A stretch of DNA of 64,000 nucleotides, from NCBI GenBank assembly GCA_040390125.1, contig JAZJYZ010000001.1, positions 163,698 to 227,697 on the forward strand, read 5' to 3'. The notes below the pieces were generated by a model, which was not told the DNA's origin, searched no databases, and was given only the letters and a program-made list of their open reading frames with translations. The stretch is from Patescibacteria group bacterium (GTDB lineage: Bacteria > Patescibacteriota > Minisyncoccia > Phycocordibacterales > Phycocordibacteraceae). Shown piece after piece: positions 49,512 through 58,312 of the stretch (positions are counted from its first letter, which is position 1; the number at the start of each line of letters is the position of its first letter). The position numbers and the translations under genes were made by a program.

Positions 49512-50276
49512 ATGATTGCAACAGAAAAAGATATTCCGATTCTTCGAGAGGGCGGAAAACATCTCGCAAGTGTGCTTAACGCAGTTGCGAAAGCTACTGT
49601 ACCCGGTGTTTCAACCGACGAGCTCAATACTCTTGCAGAAAAACTAATACGGGACTTTGGGGACACGCCATCGTTAGTCGGATACACGCCTCGAGGAGCT
49701 TCACGTCCATACCCTGCAACTATCTGTATTTCAATAAACGAGGAAGTGGTACACGGCATTCCAAATGAAAACCCGAGCATTATTAAAGAAGGAGACGTTG
49801 TTGGGCTTGATTGTGTCCTCTCGCATGGTGGTCTCTTGGTGGATAGCGCACTCACCGTAATTGCAGGTAAGGGCGACATAGAGGCAAAGGCACTCCTTAA
49901 AGCAACCGAAGAAGCACTTATGGCTGGCATTCGTTCCGCAAAAGGAGGTGCACGCATAGGTGACATTAGTTCCGCCATTGAGGCGGTTGGTGTGAAGTGT
50001 GGATACGGTATTGTTTTTGAACTTGGAGGGCACGGAGTGGGGAATACAGTACATGAAGAGCCGTATGTGCCGAACGTTGGAGACGCTGGCACTGGCACAC
50101 TTTTAACTCCAGGTCTTGTCATTGCTATTGAGCCAATGTTTACGGAAGGTACGCCCCGTGTGAAGCTTTTGAAAGATGGATATACATTCGTGACGACAGA
50201 CGGTTCTCGTGCCGCACACTTTGAGCACACCATCCTCATCACTGAAGGAAAACCTGAAATACTTACGAGACTGTAA
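49512..50276 (+). CDS. map: Methionine aminopeptidase type I
   Basis: CISINEEVVHGIP, GHGVG...HE.P, IEPM, AHFEHT. Confidence 0.97.
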   Translation: MIATEKDIPILREGGKHLASVLNAVAKATVPGVSTDELNTLAEKLIRDFGDTPSLVGYTPRGASRPYPATICISINEEVVHGIPNENPSIIKEGDVVGLDCVLSHGGLLVDSALTVIAGKGDIEAKALLKATEEALMAGIRSAKGGARIGDISSAIEAVGVKCGYGIVFELGGHGVGNTVHEEPYVPNVGDAGTGTLLTPGLVIAIEPMFTEGTPRVKLLKDGYTFVTTDGSRAAHFEHTILITEGKPEILTRL

Positions 50277-50331
50277 GGGCACAATTTCCCCAGTTTGCGC
50301 AAGGGAGAGGCTTGCTGGTATAACTGCATCA

Positions 50332-50598
50332 ATGGCATTTGACTCACGTGGTCCGGAAGGATCTCATGACAGAAAACCAATCAAGTCGCTTGTACTTATG
50401 CAGTACCCTCCTCCATTAATATTTCCGATCAAGCCCACTACTCCAGCACGAGAGCAATATTTTGGTTCTGACCAATGTAAGGGTTGTTCTGGATGGGGAG
50501 AGCAATATCAGGGATATACGAATGAAAGAGGGGTGTCTGTGTCTACGTTGTTGCTCCCATGCAAAGTGTGCGGTGGAACGAAGAAAAAGCCAGCCTAA
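50332..50598 (+). CDS. Small protein with DnaJ-type Cys motifs
   Basis: CKGCSGWG...CKVCGGTK; TG-G-TATAAC 7 nt before ATG. Confidence 0.55.
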   Translation: MAFDSRGPEGSHDRKPIKSLVLMQYPPPLIFPIKPTTPAREQYFGSDQCKGCSGWGEQYQGYTNERGVSVSTLLLPCKVCGGTKKKPA

Positions 50599-50642
50599 AT
50601 ATAATCTTGACAAAATAATTTTCAAAAGGCACAGTAGCTTCC

Positions 50643-50813
50643 ATGACTGTTTTTGGTGCAGAGGCGTTGGATACTACAGAATGTGGGCCTGTGAAGGCGA
50701 GAGAAGTCTGGTGTGTTGCCTGTGAGGCAACTGGAAAATTAAAGGGAGAAGAATGCCCGCATTGTGAGGGAAGGAAAAAAGTGAAAGTTGCTGTTTCATC
50801 GAGAAAGTTTTAA
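50643..50813 (+). CDS. 56-aa protein with DnaJ-type Cys motifs (below ORF-track cutoff)
   Basis: MTVFGAEALDTTECGPVKAREVWCVACEATGKLKGEECPHCEGRKKVKVAVSSRKF; TTGACA upstream. Confidence 0.6.
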   Translation: MTVFGAEALDTTECGPVKAREVWCVACEATGKLKGEECPHCEGRKKVKVAVSSRKF

Positions 50814-50881
50814 GTGGAGGCATTTGTAGCGTGGTCACTTTGATTGTTGTCTGTTAGCATAAGAAACCCTTTAGGGGTTTT

Positions 50882-51598
50882 ATGAATACAGGAAACATTC
50901 GCTCCAACACTTTTCCCACAAGTGTCACTTTCCCTGAAGTAACTATAGAGCTAGTTCGTACAAGGTTTGAATACGGCGACATCTCCACTTTTATTTTCAA
51001 ATCCGAAGAATCTATTTCTTTTAAAGCAGGTCAGTACGTACACCTCCGTCTTTCAAATGTAGCCTCAGGGCATAAGGCAGTACGTGAGTTTTCCTTCGCC
51101 TCTGTACCAGGAGAAAAGGAAATCTGGTTTTCAGTAAATACTCGTTCCGGCAGTCCATATCAGGTAGCGTTGCGGGCACTCGTGCCTGGCAACAAAGCGT
51201 CTCTCTTCAAGATTAAAGGTGAGATGGTTGTGCCGGAAGACTTGGGTGCACACATAGTGTTAATTGCACACGGCGTCGGTATGGCGCCGTTTCGTGCAAT
51301 TCTTCATGATGCTCATGCCCGAGACCTGAATGTAGATTTCACACTGGTACAAGTAGACAAAGAAAAGTACCTCTATGAAGAGGAGATTAGAGAGTTGTCT
51401 TATGAGCAGCATCGAATTACTCGTGTGCAATTAGGAGAAACACTCGAAGGTGTCATTCAAAAACACCCGGGAGCGTATTTTTTCTTAGCCGGCTCTCTGT
51501 CGTTTGTGGAAAGTATCAAAGGCAAGCTTATCGGGAGAGGTGTGAGTGTTGAAAAAATAAAAACTGACATCTTTAAAGGTCTTACTGATGATTTTTAG
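50882..51598 (+). CDS. FNR-like FAD/NAD(P)-binding oxidoreductase
   Basis: FKAGQY, REFSFAS, IA.GVG.APFR. Confidence 0.88.
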   Translation: MNTGNIRSNTFPTSVTFPEVTIELVRTRFEYGDISTFIFKSEESISFKAGQYVHLRLSNVASGHKAVREFSFASVPGEKEIWFSVNTRSGSPYQVALRALVPGNKASLFKIKGEMVVPEDLGAHIVLIAHGVGMAPFRAILHDAHARDLNVDFTLVQVDKEKYLYEEEIRELSYEQHRITRVQLGETLEGVIQKHPGAYFFLAGSLSFVESIKGKLIGRGVSVEKIKTDIFKGLTDDF

Positions 51599-51683
51599 GA
51601 TTCCATGGCAGGTTCTACGAAAATTTTAAACTTTAAATGGTATGTTAGACTAACGATGTTATTTAAAAATATTTTGGTGTTCT

Positions 51684-51749
51684 ATGGCAAAAGGAAATCA
51701 CTCGCAGAAAAAAGAGATGAAGAAGCCGAAGAAAGATAAGAAGAAGTAA
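51684..51749 (+). CDS. 21-aa Lys-rich micropeptide
   Basis: MAKGNHSQKKEMKKPKKDKKK, followed immediately by a terminator. Confidence 0.55.
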   Translation: MAKGNHSQKKEMKKPKKDKKK

Positions 51750-51754
51750 GTAGC

Positions 51755-51779
51755 AAAAGGCACCCGTAGGGTGCCTTTT
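51755..51779 (+). terminator. Intrinsic terminator
   Basis: AAAAGGCACCC-gta-GGGTGCCTTTT. Confidence 0.8.
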
Positions 51780-51813
51780 CTCTTCTCCAATCGGTAGCGT
51801 TACAATATGCACT

Positions 51814-52338
51814 ATGTCGCCTAAAGCGTATTGGAGCTTTTTTGTACTAGCGGTAAGCATGTGTGCCATCGGGGCTTGGATTTTTTTTGAATCTCCGCAT
51901 TCGCCAGCGTCTCAAGTGGCTTCTTGTACTGAGGAGGCAAAAATTTGTCCTGATGGTAGAGCGGTGATGCGTGGGGGGCCCGCATGTGAATTTGCGCCCT
52001 GCTTAGCGCCTGTCTACAACTGGATTGTGAGTGATACAGAAACAAAGAGTCGCTCCGGTGCGCCTCTCATTAACGTGGCGCTTTCCTTGAACGGTAAAGA
52101 ATACCAAGCAGGAACATACGAGGGTGCATGTGCGGAAATTGGCGATGCCGAGTGGCCACTTCTCATTGGCGAAGAAGCAGGAGCGGCTTGTTGGTTTGGA
52201 GCTACCGGCATTGAGCTTGGTGTGTTTGAGGAGCAGGGGCGGTTGGTTTTGAAAAGGGCAGTGCTCAAAGAGGGTACAAATTCCGAAATCGTTCGAGATA
52301 ATTTTGAAACATTGATGAAACTTGGGTCAAATATCTGA
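51814..52338 (+). CDS. Membrane-anchored protein with Cys-rich CTxEAKxCPDG module
   Basis: N-terminal TM; CTEEAKICPDG....GGPACEFAPC. Confidence 0.75.
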   Translation: MSPKAYWSFFVLAVSMCAIGAWIFFESPHSPASQVASCTEEAKICPDGRAVMRGGPACEFAPCLAPVYNWIVSDTETKSRSGAPLINVALSLNGKEYQAGTYEGACAEIGDAEWPLLIGEEAGAACWFGATGIELGVFEEQGRLVLKRAVLKEGTNSEIVRDNFETLMKLGSNI

Positions 52339-52382
52339 TTGCCCGCAGGTGCGTGCGAGCGACACGTTATACTACTTGATAC

Positions 52383-55265
52383 ATGCCAGGATTTAATCCC
52401 AACAAAGGAATCGATACAAAAGCGGCAAAGCTCTCACCTGAGCATCAGCTTACGAAGCTTCGTGAGACTGCACGCTCAGGTGGTGGTGGCAGGGGTCAGC
52501 GAGGAGGTCCGGCATTGCCCGTTGAAACCTCTGTCCTTCCGGCTGTTTCGCAAGCTCTTGATGGCACCGAACAGGAAGAGAAGAGTGGCATCATTCTTGA
52601 ACTCACACCAGACTCAAATGACAAGGACATGGAAGAGCTTTTGGGGATTCTCCACGCTAGAGGATTCAAAGCGGTGATGAAAGAGCTCGACCGCATAGAT
52701 AATCCGCACCTTGAAGACGATTTTCATCGTTTACTTGTTCAATACCGAACGGCAGGGCACTCGATTCCGGGTCTTGATCCTAACGACCCTCTAGCAAAGG
52801 CACTCGATTTTGTACTTTTGGATGTTGCAGTTCCTGAGGCAGCACCGGGAAAACCAGGAGGCTCTTTGAAAGATATCTGTACGCAAATGGAGCAGTTTTA
52901 TTTGAGTATGATTCCGTTTGTTGCCCTGCCGGATACTGTGTTTTTGAAGGATTGGCAAAAACGACGGAGAATTCATCTCCAACATTTCACATTGGAAATC
53001 GCTGTTTCGCACACAAAAGAAGAGGCAGTCTTTTACCTATCAGTGCCTCGTGCGAAACGGGAGACTTTCGAAAAGCAGATTTTTGCGATGTTTCCTCGTG
53101 CGCGTGTCGTTGAAAAGAAGGATGACTACAATATCTTTAACCAGTTTGGTGCAACTGTGGGTGCTTCTGCGTACTATCATCGTCCGCCACCAATCCCCTT
53201 GAAGACCTCTGAGGAGTTTACCCACGATCCTTTGAACGTCACCCTAGCTGCACTATCGAAAATTACAAAAGAAGGGGAGGGAGCTGCAATTCAGATTGCG
53301 GTTGCTCCTGCGGGCGATTATCACTCGAAGCGTATCCGCTATGTGCTCGATGAGCTCAATAAAGGAAAGAGCGGGGCGAACGATGTGTTCCGAAAGAATA
53401 TGTATATGGAGCATTATTCGCCGATGCGTCGATTTTTCCAGAACCTCGGGAAAGGTTTCAAACTATTTCTTGAAAGTTCCGAGGAAAAAAAGAAGGACGA
53501 TAAGCATATTGATGCCTTTGCGACAGAGGCAGTGTCCAAAAAACTGAAGAGCGTTATTGTGGGTGTGAATTTACGCATCGTTGCTTCGGCTCGAACAAAA
53601 GAACGGGCTCATGCGATTCTCACTGAGATCGAAAATACGTTCGGGCAGTACGAAGATGCAAAGGCAAACCGACTTCGCTTTAAGCATTTAAAAAAGAAAG
53701 AACTCCGAGATTTCCTACGTGCATTTATCTTTCGAACGTTCGATCGCCAAGCACACGAGGGCTTTTTCTATCAGCTTTGGCTTGAGTGGACACGCAAAGC
53801 TGCGCCAACGCCTTTAATGCATAAGATTCCTTTGATGCCTATGAACTTGGCAGAACTTTCAACCATTTTTCACCTCACCATTGCTGGTGGTACGGCGTCT
53901 CGTGAAGCGAAGACTGCAAGCGCTAAGCTTGCACCTGCACCACCAGGGCTTCCAGACAAAGGAATTGTCATTGGTAATAATCGCTACTCGAATATTGCAA
54001 CACCCATTCATTTCACGCCGGACGACAGGCTCCGTCACATGTACACCATCGGACAGACCGGTACCGGTAAAACAAACTTCTTGAAGAATATGATTATTCA
54101 AGACATCGAAAATGGGGAAGGAGTGTGCTTCATCGACCCGCACGGCGTGGATGTATTGGAGATACTCTCACGCATTCCGAAAGAACGTTATGACGATCTC
54201 ATTTACTTCGACCCGGCCTATACCGCACGGCCCATGGGCCTCAACATGCTTGAGTATGATCCACGGTTTCCTGAGCAAAAGACATTCGTGGTGGATGAGA
54301 TGTTTAAGATTTTCAAAAAATTGTACGGCGATGTGCCGGAAGCTTTTGGTCCTATCTTCGAGCAGTACTTCCGTAATGCCACCATGCTTGTGCTTGAGGA
54401 CCCTGACACTGGTTCCACGTTGATGGATATTTCACGAGTACTCGCTGACGATGAATTCCGTGCGTTGAAACTTTCTCGTTGCAGAAATCCCGTCGTGACG
54501 CATTTCTGGGAAGACATTGCGGAAAATGTGCGTGGCGAAGGAGACTTGCGTAACGTCGTGCCGTACATCACGTCAAAGTTCGACATCTTCATCGCAAACG
54601 AAATTATGCGTCCAATCATAGGTCAGCAACGTTCCGCCTTCAATTTCAAGGACATCATGGACAATAAGAAGATACTTTTAGTGAACCTCTCCAAGGGTCG
54701 ACTTGGTGATGTGAATGCCAACCTCATTGGTCTTGTGATTGTCGGCAAGATTATGATGACCGCACTTGCACGCACGGAATATCTACATTTGAATCCGCCG
54801 AACTTCTATCTATATATCGACGAATTCCAAAATATCACCACCAACACTATTTCAACGATTCTCTCTGAAGCACGTAAATTCCGTCTCTCTATGACCATGG
54901 CACACCAGTATGTCGCACAGCTTGGCAAAGAAATCAAAGAGGCTGTTTTCGGTAACGTGGGCACCATGGCGGTGTTCCGTGTTGGGCCAGACGATGCTGA
55001 ATATATTTCAAAACAATTTCAGCCAACATTTGAAGTCACTGATTTCCTTAAAATCGATAATTACCATGCATACTTGAAGCTTCTTGCAGGAGGAAAGCCA
55101 GCACCACCGTTTAGTATAGAAACTATTCCATTCCAGCCGGGCGATTTCCTTAACATTGATGCTCTGAAGCAGATTTCATATCAGCGCTATGGACGAGCAC
55201 GAGAAGCGGTTGAAGCTGATATCCGTCAGAAATACGACCAGATGCGGGAAAACCAGAAAGACTAG
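52383..55265 (+). CDS. VirD4/TraG/HerA-like coupling ATPase
   Basis: RHMY.IGQTGTGKT, IDPHG, LYIDEFQN, LSEARKF, AHQY..QL, GNVGT. Confidence 0.9.
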   Translation: MPGFNPNKGIDTKAAKLSPEHQLTKLRETARSGGGGRGQRGGPALPVETSVLPAVSQALDGTEQEEKSGIILELTPDSNDKDMEELLGILHARGFKAVMKELDRIDNPHLEDDFHRLLVQYRTAGHSIPGLDPNDPLAKALDFVLLDVAVPEAAPGKPGGSLKDICTQMEQFYLSMIPFVALPDTVFLKDWQKRRRIHLQHFTLEIAVSHTKEEAVFYLSVPRAKRETFEKQIFAMFPRARVVEKKDDYNIFNQFGATVGASAYYHRPPPIPLKTSEEFTHDPLNVTLAALSKITKEGEGAAIQIAVAPAGDYHSKRIRYVLDELNKGKSGANDVFRKNMYMEHYSPMRRFFQNLGKGFKLFLESSEEKKKDDKHIDAFATEAVSKKLKSVIVGVNLRIVASARTKERAHAILTEIENTFGQYEDAKANRLRFKHLKKKELRDFLRAFIFRTFDRQAHEGFFYQLWLEWTRKAAPTPLMHKIPLMPMNLAELSTIFHLTIAGGTASREAKTASAKLAPAPPGLPDKGIVIGNNRYSNIATPIHFTPDDRLRHMYTIGQTGTGKTNFLKNMIIQDIENGEGVCFIDPHGVDVLEILSRIPKERYDDLIYFDPAYTARPMGLNMLEYDPRFPEQKTFVVDEMFKIFKKLYGDVPEAFGPIFEQYFRNATMLVLEDPDTGSTLMDISRVLADDEFRALKLSRCRNPVVTHFWEDIAENVRGEGDLRNVVPYITSKFDIFIANEIMRPIIGQQRSAFNFKDIMDNKKILLVNLSKGRLGDVNANLIGLVIVGKIMMTALARTEYLHLNPPNFYLYIDEFQNITTNTISTILSEARKFRLSMTMAHQYVAQLGKEIKEAVFGNVGTMAVFRVGPDDAEYISKQFQPTFEVTDFLKIDNYHAYLKLLAGGKPAPPFSIETIPFQPGDFLNIDALKQISYQRYGRAREAVEADIRQKYDQMRENQKD

Positions 55266-55294
55266 GCGACGCTTCGTCGGATCCGTAGGGATCA
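55263..55294 (+). repeat. Double-hairpin mini-element at stop codon
   Basis: TAGGCGACGCTTCGTCGGATCCGTAGGGATCA. Confidence 0.8.
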
Positions 55295-55391
55295 CTTAGT
55301 GTTTATAGAAACTTCTTATAATTTCTGAGCTCGCCCTCCCCTAAACACTAAACGCTAGCCCCTAACCCCTCTTAGTGGTATAGTCGCTTCA

Positions 55392-56003
55392 ATGAATACA
55401 GATGCAAAATTTGAGAATGAGCGCACGCTAGTCATATTGAAGCCTGACGCTGTGCAACGCTCTCTCGTGGGCGAGATAATGAAGCGTATTGAAAGGACGG
55501 GACTAAAGTTTGTGGCCTTCAAGTTTGGTATCGCTACGGAAGATCAACTTGTTCGTCACTACAATAAGGACGAAAAGTGGTTTCTTGAGAAAGGAACTCG
55601 AATATTGAATGACCGAACCACCCATAACTTGCCAATAGAGAAGGATGCGCTTGGGTACGGTAAAGAAATAATAGATTCAATAGTGAAATTCATGACTGCA
55701 GGTCCTGTATTAATGATGGTGATTGAAGGAAATGAGTCAGTAGCCGTTGTGAAGAAGCTTGTGGGTGCCACAGAGCCAAAGACATCGGATGTCGGGACTA
55801 TTCGAGGTGACTACACTGTGGATTCGTATGACCACTCATCGGTACAGAGTCGTGCCGTCAGAAACCTCGTCCACTGCTCTGAATCTCCTGAAGAAGCATC
55901 ACGTGAAATTGCCGTGTGGTTTAAGCCCGAAGAAATTTTGAAATATCGTATCGTTCAGGAGCAGATCCTCTACGATGTGAACCTTGACGGGATAATGGAG
56001 TAG
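55392..56003 (+). CDS. ndk: Nucleoside diphosphate kinase
   Basis: ERTL...KPDAVQR, GTIRGD, NLVHCS. Confidence 0.95.
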   Translation: MNTDAKFENERTLVILKPDAVQRSLVGEIMKRIERTGLKFVAFKFGIATEDQLVRHYNKDEKWFLEKGTRILNDRTTHNLPIEKDALGYGKEIIDSIVKFMTAGPVLMMVIEGNESVAVVKKLVGATEPKTSDVGTIRGDYTVDSYDHSSVQSRAVRNLVHCSESPEEASREIAVWFKPEEILKYRIVQEQILYDVNLDGIME

Positions 56004-56041
56004 CTTCCAGCTTCCAGCTTCCAGCTTCCAGAGAAAATTGT

Positions 56042-56350
56042 ATGTTTTTAGGAAGGCAAGATGATGCAGTAACAGTAGCCCCTGAGGTACATTCTGTTGT
56101 ATTTGAGAATGAAAAAATTAGAGTTTTAGATGTTGTTGTTCCTGTGGGTTATAAAAGTGGATTGCATTGGCATCCCCAGAATATGGGATATGTTCTCACT
56201 CCGGGCACTTTGCGGTTCACTTTGCCTGATGGGGCAGTAAAAGATGTAGTGTTGTCTCTGAATCAGGTTACACAAGGGGAAGGTGCACATATCGTTGAAA
56301 ATATAGGCACTGAGACCGTAAGAGTGATGCAAATTGAATTCAAGAATTAA
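56042..56350 (+). CDS. Small cupin-domain protein
   Basis: V.FEN..IRV, H.HP, H.VENIG; flanked by heptamer tracts. Confidence 0.8.
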   Translation: MFLGRQDDAVTVAPEVHSVVFENEKIRVLDVVVPVGYKSGLHWHPQNMGYVLTPGTLRFTLPDGAVKDVVLSLNQVTQGEGAHIVENIGTETVRVMQIEFKN

Positions 56351-56412
56351 AGTTTTTTAAGCTGGAACCTGACAGCTGGCACCTGAAAGCTGAAAGGCAT
56401 GGTACGCTTTTA

Positions 56413-56571
56413 GAGGGGTTAGTGACGGAGTATTAACCTCGTTGAAAAACTTTAGGGAGCTTTACATCGTTATGTGCTGGTGACTCCCTTTGGGGGATTC
56501 CGAAGCCCATTAACTGCGAGCACCCACCTGGAGCTTCGGCTCTAAGGTTAATACTCCGTCAGTGACCCTTT
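56413..56571 (+). ncRNA. ssrS: Probable 6S RNA
   Basis: Long closing stem GGGTTAGTGACGGAGTATTAACCT/AGGTTAATACTCCGTCAGTGACCC, central bubble, GAGCACCCACC tract, extended -10 TGGTACGCT upstream, terminator-like hairpin downstream. Confidence 0.75.
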
Positions 56572-56655
56572 CAAATTCCGCCGTACGAGCAGAGTCTTGT
56601 GGCGGTTTTTTTATTTTTGCCTAATTACAGACCTGCGTTTGCTACTATAGAGACT

Positions 56656-58032
56656 ATGGAAAAATCTATTTCTATTATGTTTGCACGTGGCGCAAGGCGG
56701 GTCACGGGCTCTAACTTTCTTGTTGAAGCCAAGAGCGGTGACACTACTACACGCATTCTTATTGATTGCGGACTTGCTCAAGGGGAGCGTTTCTGTGAAT
56801 CAACAAACAAGGATACATTTTCCTATGAGCCAGCATCTGTTGATGTTGTGCTGTTTACACATGCACATGCTGACCACATTGGACTATTCCCCAAACTTGT
56901 TAAAGATGGGTTTAAGGGGCGAGCTTTCGCAACAGCTCCTACCAAAGCACTCACTCCCATAATGCTCGAGGACTCCGTAAAGATAATCGCACTCGAAGCA
57001 AAGAGGTGCAACGATGAGCCACCATACGGCACGGAGGACGTGCTTCGGGCAGTAGAGTACATTGATGAAGCGGTCTATGAAAAACCTATCAATCTCGCAC
57101 CTGGCATTACTGCAACGTTCAATAATGCAGGGCACATACTAGGCTCCGCTACGATTCTTCTTGATATCTTTGGAAAGAGAATTCTTTTTACAGGAGATCT
57201 AGGTCGTGTGCCCGCAGCTATTGTTCCAGATAGAGATGTCCCGGAAGGGGTAGAATTTCTCGTGACTGAGAGTGTGTATGGTAATAAGACGCACGGCTCG
57301 CTCCAAGAGAGTGAGGCAGTACTCCTCTCGGCAGTGAGGGGAGTTGTTGCAAACGAAGGAACGCTTTTAATTCCTGCTTTTTCACTTGAGCGCACACAAA
57401 TTATTCTTGCGTCTCTTGATAAGGCAATTACAAGCGGGGCCATCCCGCCAGTTGCTGTATTTATGGATTCTCCTCTCGCCGCAAAAGTGACCGATGTATA
57501 TCGGAAGTATCCAAAATTTCTTCGTGCTGATATCAGAGCACGATTAGAGAGTGGAGATGACCCTTTTTCATTTCCAAGCCTCAAAGTGAGCGTGCATCCG
57601 GATGAATCAGACGCCATTGATCGGCATCCTGGCCCTAAGATAATCATTGCGGGTGCTGGCATGAGTCACGGTGGGCGTATACGGAGGCACGAAGCGAAGT
57701 ATCTACCCCAGAAATCAACCACACTTCTCCTGGCAGGCTATCAAGTGCCGGGAAGTTTAGGGCGAAGACTCAAGGACGGTGCAAAAAGCGTGGATATTGA
57801 TGGTGTACGGGTCGCTGTGCGAGCGTCCATTGCCTCTACTGATGGTTTTTCGGCGCATGCTGATAAAGATGACCTCATGACATTTGCTGAGGCGGTGAGT
57901 CCAAAGCGTGTGTTTGTAGTATTAGGAGAAACTGAAGCTTCGGCATTTTTAGCTCAGCGTATCGCAGGGTTCTTGAACATCCCCGTTGATGTACCGAGGG
58001 AAGGGGAAACATACGAAATCCCTCTTGTTTGA
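56656..58032 (+). CDS. MBL-fold beta-CASP ribonuclease
   Basis: VTGS, IDCG..QG, THAHADH, AGHILGS, ESVYG, FSAHAD. Confidence 0.92.
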   Translation: MEKSISIMFARGARRVTGSNFLVEAKSGDTTTRILIDCGLAQGERFCESTNKDTFSYEPASVDVVLFTHAHADHIGLFPKLVKDGFKGRAFATAPTKALTPIMLEDSVKIIALEAKRCNDEPPYGTEDVLRAVEYIDEAVYEKPINLAPGITATFNNAGHILGSATILLDIFGKRILFTGDLGRVPAAIVPDRDVPEGVEFLVTESVYGNKTHGSLQESEAVLLSAVRGVVANEGTLLIPAFSLERTQIILASLDKAITSGAIPPVAVFMDSPLAAKVTDVYRKYPKFLRADIRARLESGDDPFSFPSLKVSVHPDESDAIDRHPGPKIIIAGAGMSHGGRIRRHEAKYLPQKSTTLLLAGYQVPGSLGRRLKDGAKSVDIDGVRVAVRASIASTDGFSAHADKDDLMTFAEAVSPKRVFVVLGETEASAFLAQRIAGFLNIPVDVPREGETYEIPLV

Positions 58033-58088
58033 CAAAGTAGAGGTTTTTTATAGACTCTCTGTATTAACGTAAAAAATAGTTATTTTCT

Positions 58089-58268
58089 ATGGCGAGGGAT
58101 GGTGCAGAAAGTGTTCATAAAAAAGATCCAGTCGATGCCATTTTAGCTGGTGCCGCTCGTGTGAGGGCCAGCAGAGCAAAACTTCACAGAGACATAAGTA
58201 GATTGACCCCAGCACAGCGTGAAGAATATAAACGAAGAGCCGAAGCGCTACCTAATAGCTATTTCTGA
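58089..58268 (+). CDS. 59-aa orphan basic protein
   Basis: MARDGAESVHKKDPVDAILAGAARVRAS...; TTGACA-16-TAGACT promoter; terminator follows. Confidence 0.55.
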   Translation: MARDGAESVHKKDPVDAILAGAARVRASRAKLHRDISRLTPAQREEYKRRAEALPNSYF

Positions 58269-58270
58269 AT

Positions 58271-58299
58271 AAAAAATCCCCGCATAAGCGGGGATTTTT
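58271..58299. terminator. Bidirectional terminator
   Basis: AAAAATCCCCGC-ataa-GCGGGGATTTTT. Confidence 0.85.
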
Positions 58300-58312
58300 G
58301 TTAGACAGGTTC

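Noticed and set aside
49412-50380. 322-aa antisense ORF
   Set aside because: Shadow of map; same applies to the many antisense ORFs over pilB, fusA, tuf and the repeat protein
52383-55265. Conjugative element
   Set aside because: No relaxase, VirB genes or integrase nearby; solitary VirD4-like ATPases are common in CPR chromosomes
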